DNA of 41,519 nt, from the NCBI GenBank assembly GCA_045597285.1, contig JAZODZ010000640.1:1-41519 (forward strand), given 5' to 3'. Both the position numbers and the translations under genes were made by a program. The notes under the pieces are model-generated. The model did not search any database and was not told the origin of the DNA. It saw only the letters and a list, made by a program, of their open reading frames with translations. Shown in pieces: positions 26,386-32,857 of this stretch (positions within the stretch are counted from its first letter, which is position 1; every line of letters begins with the position of its first letter). This DNA comes from Myxococcota bacterium. GTDB taxonomy: Bacteria > Myxococcota_A > Bradymonadia > UBA4248.

Positions 26386-27213
26386 CTAATTATCGAAATC
26401 GATTGCCAATATCCCGGCAGACCACGGCGCCACACTGTAGGGATTGAAATACACGCGAACACCTTTGCTGGTTCTCAGAATCGCGCTGTAATTCTCGGGT
26501 TCGGGTGACGTTCCGTCTTTGAACATGTCCTCGAATTCTTCGGCATTGTCGACGGCCTGGGGCAGAATGCGTCTGGATTCTTCGGAAAGGCGTTGAAGGG
26601 CGGCCGGAACATCGTCGTAAATATCCGAAAGCGTGAGGATTTTTCCCGATTTATCGATCATCAGAGGTTCGACAAAGAAAAAGCCATGCGCTCCGCCGGT
26701 ATAACCTTCGTGAATGAATAAAACGTCGACGCCATTCTCCGCATCGCTTCGAACGATTTCATATTCCATCGTGTGGTGGAAGCCATCAAGCTCTTCACGT
26801 GACAGGCTGTTCTTGTCGTCTTCGTATCGAGAAGACAACTCTTCCTTGCTTTTTTCCATGGCATCTTTGGCGTATTGTTCGATCGTCTTGTCGATTTCAG
26901 CGATGCCAAACGCCGGATACTGGAAATCAAACGCACCGTATTCTTCTTTCGTTTCGATTTTCTTGTCCGTCGCCGGAATGCCGACGAACGAAACTTCCGT
27001 TCCCTCCGGCACATTCACGGGATGCAGTTTTGCTGCAAATTGAGGGCTAAAATAAGCGACACCCTCGGACTCGTTTGCGTCAGTTGCGGTCTCTGCGCTT
27101 TCGGTCGCAGCGGCTTCCGGTTGGTCGGTCGCAGCCGATTCGACAGGTTTAGATGACGATGAGCACGCAATCATTGCGGATGCACAAATAATCATGGCAA
27201 AAAGACGTTTCAT
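26386..27213 (-). CDS. DUF4163/DUF3298 (RsiV-like) lipoprotein, paralogue B
   Basis: It has the same signal/lipobox (MKRLFAMIICASAMIACS). Motifs are HEGYTGGAHGFFFV and RVYFNPYSVAPWSAG. GGAG precedes the ATG. Confidence 0.8.
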   Translation of the reverse strand: MKRLFAMIICASAMIACSSSSKPVESAATDQPEAAATESAETATDANESEGVAYFSPQFAAKLHPVNVPEGTEVSFVGIPATDKKIETKEEYGAFDFQYPAFGIAEIDKTIEQYAKDAMEKSKEELSSRYEDDKNSLSREELDGFHHTMEYEIVRSDAENGVDVLFIHEGYTGGAHGFFFVEPLMIDKSGKILTLSDIYDDVPAALQRLSEESRRILPQAVDNAEEFEDMFKDGTSPEPENYSAILRTSKGVRVYFNPYSVAPWSAGILAIDFDN

Positions 27214-27303
27214 GTATTCTCCAATCTATTCACAAATTCAGTTTGGCAGCAAGTGCCACCAAGACTAAAAATAAGCTAAATAGTCACCAAACACAAAAAC
27301 AAA

Positions 27304-27374
27304 GGCGAGCCGTATACGCCGTGAGGCGCATAGGCGAGCACGCGGGGCGTATCGGCGTAGCCGATAGCCCGCGT
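27304..27374 (-). repeat. Family-H hairpin cluster (2 modules) in a divergent intergenic region
   Basis: GCCGTATACGCC-GTGA-GGCGCATAGGC is near-identical to 17486-17511. The second module is ACGCGGG-GCGTATCGGCGTAGCCGATAG-CCCGCGT. Confidence 0.7.
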
Positions 27375-27496
27375 TCCCATAAACCGATCAAGGGGCCTGT
27401 GACTAATCCATTGTTTATCGTCGAATGATTATGCTAAACGACAAACTTGTTGTGCCGTTGCACAACGCCATTCTTACTTATTCATACTGGAAAATA

Positions 27497-28294
27497 ATGA
27501 TGTACAAGAAACTTATCCCCATCGTGACAGCGGTTTTGCTATTCGCCATTGGGGGCTGCAAAAATCAGAATACTGAAGAAAAAGCCCCGGATGTCAAACC
27601 GCCAGTCGAAGCCAATGAAGCGCAGGGTGCCAACGAAGCCAAAGCCCCCAAGCCCCAGGAACCCGTCGATCCCGAAAAACTTGCCCGCGACAAAGCACGT
27701 TCTCAACAACTGCTCGCCGAAGGCAAACTCCTTCCTCCGCGTGCGGAAATCGTCTTCAAAGCCGGAAAAATCGAAGGCAATCTTTCTGCGGAAGATGCTG
27801 AACGCTCCTACCTTTACAGAAAAAGCGCTGTGCGGCGTTGCTATATGTATGAACTCGCCTATCGCGCCGAAGCAAAAGGCGTCGTCAAAACGACCATTCG
27901 GCATGAAGCCCCCAAAAAAGCGACCGTCGTTGATTACACCTCTGCAATCGAATCCGAAGAATTCAACAACTGCATTAAAGAAGCTGTTTCAACATGGTCA
28001 TTACCCCAAGGCGTGACGCTCGAAGTCATTCTCGATTTCTCATCTACGCCCGCGCCGACACTTGAGGAAGTTCGCGAATCCAACCGCGGCCTTCACGACC
28101 ACAACCACGATCACGGCGATATGGATCACGATCACGGCGAGATGGACCACGATCACGGTGATATCGAGCACGAACACGGCGATATGGAGCACGAACACGG
28201 CGACGCAGCCCCAAATGACGGCGAACCAAAACCTGAAGAAAAGCGACGTTTTGAAATTCCGAAAAAAGCGCCCCTGAACCCGAAGAAGTTGTAA
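27497..28294 (+). CDS. Lipoprotein with an AgmX/PglI-like (TonB-C-like) domain and a C-terminal His-rich heptad tail
   Basis: The lipobox is LLFAIGGC. The two-Cys domain runs ...VRRCYMYEL...FNNCIKEAV.... The tail is HDHNHDHGDM DHDHGEM DHDHGDI EHEHGDM EHEHGDA. Confidence 0.75.
   Translation: MMYKKLIPIVTAVLLFAIGGCKNQNTEEKAPDVKPPVEANEAQGANEAKAPKPQEPVDPEKLARDKARSQQLLAEGKLLPPRAEIVFKAGKIEGNLSAEDAERSYLYRKSAVRRCYMYELAYRAEAKGVVKTTIRHEAPKKATVVDYTSAIESEEFNNCIKEAVSTWSLPQGVTLEVILDFSSTPAPTLEEVRESNRGLHDHNHDHGDMDHDHGEMDHDHGDIEHEHGDMEHEHGDAAPNDGEPKPEEKRRFEIPKKAPLNPKKL
28103..28207 (+). repeat. 5 x 21-bp in-frame tandem repeat encoding [DE]H[DE]HG[DE]x heptads
   Basis: The units start at 28103, 28124, 28145, 28166 and 28187 (for example GATCACGATCACGGCGAGATG). 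Confidence 0.85.
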
Positions 28295-28320
28295 TAGCGC
28301 ATTACAAACGGTCGACCGCA

Positions 28321-28869
28321 ATGAATTTAAAATCGATAATCATGAGCATTTTCCTGTGTTTTGCGATGCTTACCGGCATCGAGGCAATGGCACAGGAGTC
28401 ACCGGACGTGGGAAGTGTCGAAACGAAAAAAGACGCGGCCCATCCCGCACTTCGCGGGTTTGCCGAATTCGGCATGGGCACGCTGTTCGGCACGCTTACA
28501 GGCGGTACGGGGCTTATCACGGGGCTCGTGCTCAAACCGACCGATCTGCGCCCCGCGTTGATTTCAGCCGCGATTCTATATCCCATCGGCATCGGTTGCG
28601 GTGCAATCCTGGGGGGATATCTCACCGATACAAAATCGAGTTATTGGGAACCATTTGTCGGGGCGTTTTCCGGTGCCCTGATTGCCGATATCACGGCCTA
28701 TTATCTGTCCGATGACTATCCCATATTTACCGCAATACTCGTCCTCATTTTACCGCTTGTGACGACAGTCATCGCTATGGAAACATCCCATGCCTGGCGC
28801 GAGCACGAAGAAAGAAGCCGTGACATGGGACGTACCGTGATGCCACTTTCTTTCGGATTTGCATTCTGA
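28321..28869 (+). CDS. Small Gly-rich membrane protein of unknown function
   Basis: It has a signal-like N-terminus and several Gly-zipper hydrophobic segments (GMGTLFGTLTGGTGLITGLV, IGIGCGAILGG, FVGAFSGALIA). Its TGA overlaps the mutY ATG (TGATG). Confidence 0.6.
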   Translation: MNLKSIIMSIFLCFAMLTGIEAMAQESPDVGSVETKKDAAHPALRGFAEFGMGTLFGTLTGGTGLITGLVLKPTDLRPALISAAILYPIGIGCGAILGGYLTDTKSSYWEPFVGAFSGALIADITAYYLSDDYPIFTAILVLILPLVTTVIAMETSHAWREHEERSRDMGRTVMPLSFGFAF

Positions 28870-29987
28870 TGAACGATTTCGAGTGGTTTGTCGAATCGTT
28901 GCTTGCGTGGTTTGCTGAAAATGGCCGTGATTTGCCCTGGCGACACGCACCCACGCCTTACGAAGTCTGGGTTTCCGAACTCATGCTCCAGCAAACGCAG
29001 GTCATTACGGTCATTCCGTATTACGAGCGCTGGCTGAAACGATTTCCTGACATCGCGGCACTCGCCAATGCCCCGATAGACGAAGTCCTGACGTATTGGG
29101 CCGGCCTCGGGTACTACCGCCGCGCCCGTTATCTCCACGAAGGCGCTAAAAAAATCCTGACCGATTTCGACGGCCGTTTTCCCCAATCGATTCAGGAATT
29201 GCGTTCAATTCCTGGCATTGGTGCATACACGGCAGGTGCCATTGCGTCATTCGCATTTCATCAGAATGTCCCTGCGGTCGATGGCAATGCCCAACGCGTA
29301 CTCGCGAGATTTTTTGGCATTGCCGGAGATTTGACTTCTGGCGAACCGGCGCACCAGCTGGATTTGACAGCCAATCAGGTCGCCGCTATCGGGCACGCCT
29401 CAGTCGTCAATCAAGCCGTCATGGACATCGGTGCCAGCTGTTGTCCCAAATCGCCGCAATGCAACGTCTGCCCCCTGGCCGAACACTGTTACGCCTTGCG
29501 CAACGGCCTGACGGACGCTATCCCGTTCAAAAAGAAACGCATCGAAAAATACGACGAATTCCGTGCCGCGCTTCGTCTTACCTGCGATGACCATGTTTTA
29601 ATCGCTCGACGGCGAAGCGATATCCTGCTCGGTGGCCTCTGGGAATTCCCGATGATCACGATAAGCCGCGGCAAGGGCGCAGCCCACAGGCGCGATGCCG
29701 ATCTCCAAATGCGTCTGCCGCGAACCTCGCTATGGCAATCCTTTCTGACTTCGGTTTTCCACAGCTGCCCTCTGTCTGACCTTCAAACGCTTCAAAGCAC
29801 GGTTTCGCACACGTTTACCCATATCGAGATGAAGGTCGCTCTCGATTGTGCTCAATGCCCGGAAATGCCCGAAATCACAGATATTTCTGGTGACTACGAT
29901 GCTTTCCAATGGGTCCGGGACGACGATATTTCTGCCCAGTTTGCCATCTCTTCCCTGATGAAAAAACTCATGGCACTGAAAGATTAA
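28869..29987 (+). CDS. mutY: A/G-specific adenine DNA glycosylase
   Basis: It has LPWR..PYEVWVSELMLQQTQV and HhH-GPD (PGIGAYTAGAI). The 4Fe-4S motif C-x6-C-x2-C-x5-C is CCPKSPQCNVCPLAEHC. A NUDIX-like C-terminal domain is present. Confidence 0.9.
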   Translation: MNDFEWFVESLLAWFAENGRDLPWRHAPTPYEVWVSELMLQQTQVITVIPYYERWLKRFPDIAALANAPIDEVLTYWAGLGYYRRARYLHEGAKKILTDFDGRFPQSIQELRSIPGIGAYTAGAIASFAFHQNVPAVDGNAQRVLARFFGIAGDLTSGEPAHQLDLTANQVAAIGHASVVNQAVMDIGASCCPKSPQCNVCPLAEHCYALRNGLTDAIPFKKKRIEKYDEFRAALRLTCDDHVLIARRRSDILLGGLWEFPMITISRGKGAAHRRDADLQMRLPRTSLWQSFLTSVFHSCPLSDLQTLQSTVSHTFTHIEMKVALDCAQCPEMPEITDISGDYDAFQWVRDDDISAQFAISSLMKKLMALKD

Positions 29988-30082
29988 CGCCTCCCAAATC
30001 CAGAATCCTAAATAACTACAATAATTTCGGAAAAATATATTTTTTAGATCTCCTAAAAAAGCAAAAATTGATGATAAAAAAT

Positions 30083-30111
30083 TTGTAAATTTGATCAATC
30101 CTACTTATAAG
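30083..30111 (+). promoter_or_regulatory. Sigma-70-like promoter for the metallophosphoesterase lipoprotein gene
   Basis: TTGTAA-N17-TATAAG lies in an AT-rich region containing the palindrome AAAAATATATTTTT. It ends 68 nt before the ATG at 30179. Confidence 0.35.
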
Positions 30112-30178
30112 GACGCCCGGAAACTGAGTAATGGCGCGGATTTTAACGCGTCGCGTCATTTCAGTCATGGAGTTAAAA

Positions 30179-32182
30179 ATGAAAATCAGAAATTATATGA
30201 TTCTGGCAATCATGGCAGGATGCCTCGTATCAGCTGGTTGTTCTGACGCATTGGATGACGACGGCAAAAGCCCCGTACTCGAAAAGAGTAAAGAGACACA
30301 TATTCCTGGAGAAACCAATACCGATATTCCTCCAGTCGTCGATCCCAACACGCCCAAAGATCCGTCGAAAACAGATCCCGAGGTCAACCCCGTCGATCCT
30401 CCCGTTGAGCCCGATCCCGTTGATCCGCCTGTTGATCCTGACCCTGTTGAGCCCGAACCCGTTGAGCCTGACCCTGTTGAGCCCGATCCCGTTGTTCCCG
30501 ACCCTGTCGAACCCGAAGAACCGCACGATGATGACGAGCCAGTGTACGACGAAGTCGATGGCATTCAGGTTCTTCCGCTCACATACAAGCCTTATACGAC
30601 ACTTCAGACTGCGTTTCGCCCGTCCATTGGTTCGAACAAGTATTCAGCCCAAATGGTCAAGAATTACATATTTACGCATCTGCTTCAGCCGTATGAAAAA
30701 GATCGCTATGCGGAATTTGGTCTCGGTCTGGAGCGCGTCGAAGGCGAACCTTGGATTCTTCGCGAATCATTGCTCAAAGCCTCAGATCCCGACCTCAGTC
30801 ATAAGGGCAAAAGCCTTGCATATTTCTGGCAGATTTCCGATCCGCAGATTATCGACGAAGAAAGCCCCTGCCGCATGGAGGGCGTCACGTTTGCGCCTTA
30901 TGTCGTTGCCAGTGCCTACCGTCCGCAGGGCATCTTTTCGACGCACATGTTCGATCTGCATGTTCAGACTGCTCGCCGTATTTCGGACATCAGCCATCGC
31001 CCGTTCGATTTCGCCCTCGTCACAGGCGACATTGCGGACAACGCACAGGAAAATGAAAACCTCTGGTTCCACCGCATGATAAATGGTGGCGTCCTCGATC
31101 CCGACACGGGCATTGATGACGATCCGATCGAAGGGCCGAACAACGACTACAACGATCCGTTCTATTCCCGAGGCCTCGGGAATATTCCCTGGTACCCGGC
31201 CATCGGCAACCACGACATCCTCTATATGGGATTTGCCGTCGTTCGCGATGAAATCCAGGCTGCCTGCGTGGGGGATAAAGTCGTCGATCTGTTTGATTTC
31301 ATTAAACTTGTGCCAAACCATGAGTATCGTGATGGCTATCAAAACGGTTTCCAGGACGGTTCAACGCCCGAAGCCAAAGTCGTCACCATGGGAAATACGC
31401 CTGCCGATCCGCACAGGCGCCTGTTGAGCAAAGTTGAGTCGCTTCAAATGTACTACGATTCGCCGGGCCTTCCCGTCGGTCATGGCCTCGATCCGAAAAC
31501 GATTGCCAAAGGCTGGGGGTATTATTCGACCTATCCCATGCCCGGAAAACCGATTCGCCTGATCACGCTCGATACGAACAGTGGTGAGTTCTCCGAGGCA
31601 AAGATGTCGCCCGAACAGTTTGATTGGCTCGAAAAAGAGTTAAAAGATGCGAAATCAAAGAACGAGCTCGTCCTCGTTCAGTCCCATCACGGTACAGGCC
31701 AGTTGTCCGGCACTGTGAATCAAAAGAAATTCCAGGAACTGCTTGCGTCGTATCCCGGCGTCATTCTGCATATTACGGGACACGGTCATTACAACGATTC
31801 GAATCTGTATGTTCAGGGCGAGCGTGGATATTGGGAAGTCATGTTGGCTTCCGTCGTCGATTTCCCGTCACAGACGCGTGTATTTGAAATCGTTCACGAG
31901 GGCAAAGGCATTATCTCTATTTATATCACGAACCTCGATATGAATGTTGCCAAGGGCACGATGGGTTATACAGCCTGGGAATATGCCGCTACCCGCAAGT
32001 TTTTCGGCATGGATGACGATCCCATCGGCGATTGGGAAAAAGAACGCGAACACCGCAACCTGATTCTGCGAACGCGTGTTCCGGAAGAAATATATAAAAA
32101 TCTTGATAATTATGAATGGTCCGAAACTATAGAATCGGAAACGACATTAAAGAATCTCGTATATAATCCGAAAAATTATTAA
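30179..32182 (+). CDS. Metallophosphoesterase-family lipoprotein with a (PVxP)n tether
   Basis: The start is at the ATG at 30179 after GGAG. The lipobox is LVSAGC. The proline repeat is PVDPPVEPDPVDPPVDPDPVEPEPVEPDPVEPDPVVPDPVEP. Motifs are SDPQ, GDIADNAQ, GNHD and GHGH. Confidence 0.8.
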   Translation: MKIRNYMILAIMAGCLVSAGCSDALDDDGKSPVLEKSKETHIPGETNTDIPPVVDPNTPKDPSKTDPEVNPVDPPVEPDPVDPPVDPDPVEPEPVEPDPVEPDPVVPDPVEPEEPHDDDEPVYDEVDGIQVLPLTYKPYTTLQTAFRPSIGSNKYSAQMVKNYIFTHLLQPYEKDRYAEFGLGLERVEGEPWILRESLLKASDPDLSHKGKSLAYFWQISDPQIIDEESPCRMEGVTFAPYVVASAYRPQGIFSTHMFDLHVQTARRISDISHRPFDFALVTGDIADNAQENENLWFHRMINGGVLDPDTGIDDDPIEGPNNDYNDPFYSRGLGNIPWYPAIGNHDILYMGFAVVRDEIQAACVGDKVVDLFDFIKLVPNHEYRDGYQNGFQDGSTPEAKVVTMGNTPADPHRRLLSKVESLQMYYDSPGLPVGHGLDPKTIAKGWGYYSTYPMPGKPIRLITLDTNSGEFSEAKMSPEQFDWLEKELKDAKSKNELVLVQSHHGTGQLSGTVNQKKFQELLASYPGVILHITGHGHYNDSNLYVQGERGYWEVMLASVVDFPSQTRVFEIVHEGKGIISIYITNLDMNVAKGTMGYTAWEYAATRKFFGMDDDPIGDWEKEREHRNLILRTRVPEEIYKNLDNYEWSETIESETTLKNLVYNPKNY

Positions 32183-32200
32183 TATATTTATAATATTTTT

Positions 32201-32269
32201 GGGGCACGGCTATCGGCGTTGCCGATACGCCGTGCGAGGGTGCGCTATGCCTACGGCATACGCGCCCCC
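32201..32269 (+). repeat. Family-H hairpin cluster (2 modules)
   Basis: The modules are CACGGC-TATCGGCGTTGCCGATAC-GCCGTG and GCGC-TATGCCTACGGCATAC-GCGC, bracketed by GGGG...CCCC. Confidence 0.75.
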
Positions 32270-32349
32270 TGATGATTTTAGTGTTTTTGCTTGTCCGTTG
32301 GCGAAAACAAAAACATCGAGGTATGCTAAATCGTCAGGGGGTCTATGAC

Positions 32350-32384
32350 GACAAAAAAAGCCCCGGCACCGGGGCTTTTTTGTC
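32350..32384. terminator. Bidirectional rho-independent terminator between the phosphoesterase gene and dfx
   Basis: GACAAAAAAAGCCCCGG-CA-CCGGGGCTTTTTTGTC has a GC stem with an A-run on one side and a T-run on the other. It lies 12 nt beyond the dfx stop. Confidence 0.75.
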
Positions 32385-32395
32385 ATCGAAATGGA

Positions 32396-32785
32396 TTACA
32401 GAACGGTTTTCCAGAGGCCGTGCAGATTGCAATAGGCGTAAACGGCAACGGCTTTGTCGGTTTTATCGACGATAAAAACGGTTTCGGGTTTGTCACCGGC
32501 TTTGAAGGCATGTCGCTGACCGCCTTTCTCTGTCTCGACAAAGACCCATTCGATCAAATGTGCTTCGGTCATCGGATGATCGACGCTTCCGACGTTCACT
32601 GTCAGGCGGACAGCGCGTTCGTGTTCTTCGACAGAAACGACGGGAAGGTGTTTTTCACGGCTGGCTTCGACAGTATTTGCAACGATTTCAGTCATTGATT
32701 CGCCACAGCATACGGGCACGACACCAGAATCATGAACCATTCCAATGAGATTTCCACAGTGTTTGCAGACATAGAATTTTTTCAT
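32396..32785 (-). CDS. dfx: Desulfoferrodoxin (superoxide reductase)
   Basis: 129 aa. It has the desulforedoxin-type CKHCGN...CCGESM, then the neelaredoxin domain with HLPV, HPM and CNLHGLW. GGTGG precedes the ATG. Confidence 0.9.
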   Translation of the reverse strand: MKKFYVCKHCGNLIGMVHDSGVVPVCCGESMTEIVANTVEASREKHLPVVSVEEHERAVRLTVNVGSVDHPMTEAHLIEWVFVETEKGGQRHAFKAGDKPETVFIVDKTDKAVAVYAYCNLHGLWKTVL

Positions 32786-32810
32786 TTCACCACCTTTCGT
32801 GAGACGTTGC

Positions 32811-32837
32811 AGAAAAGGCTGTCAAGCAACGACAGCC
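32811..32837 (-). terminator. Rho-independent terminator after the FHA gene
   Basis: The minus strand reads GGCTGTC-GTTGCTT-GACAGCC followed by TTTTCT. It lies 21 nt beyond the TAA at 32858-32860. Confidence 0.55.
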
Positions 32838-32857
32838 AACCCATATTTATTAAGCCT

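Noticed and set aside
28103-28207. The 21-bp tandem repeat as a non-coding VNTR or spacer array.
   Set aside because: It is in frame inside a well-supported CDS and encodes a coherent His/Asp/Glu heptad. It is treated as a coding repeat.
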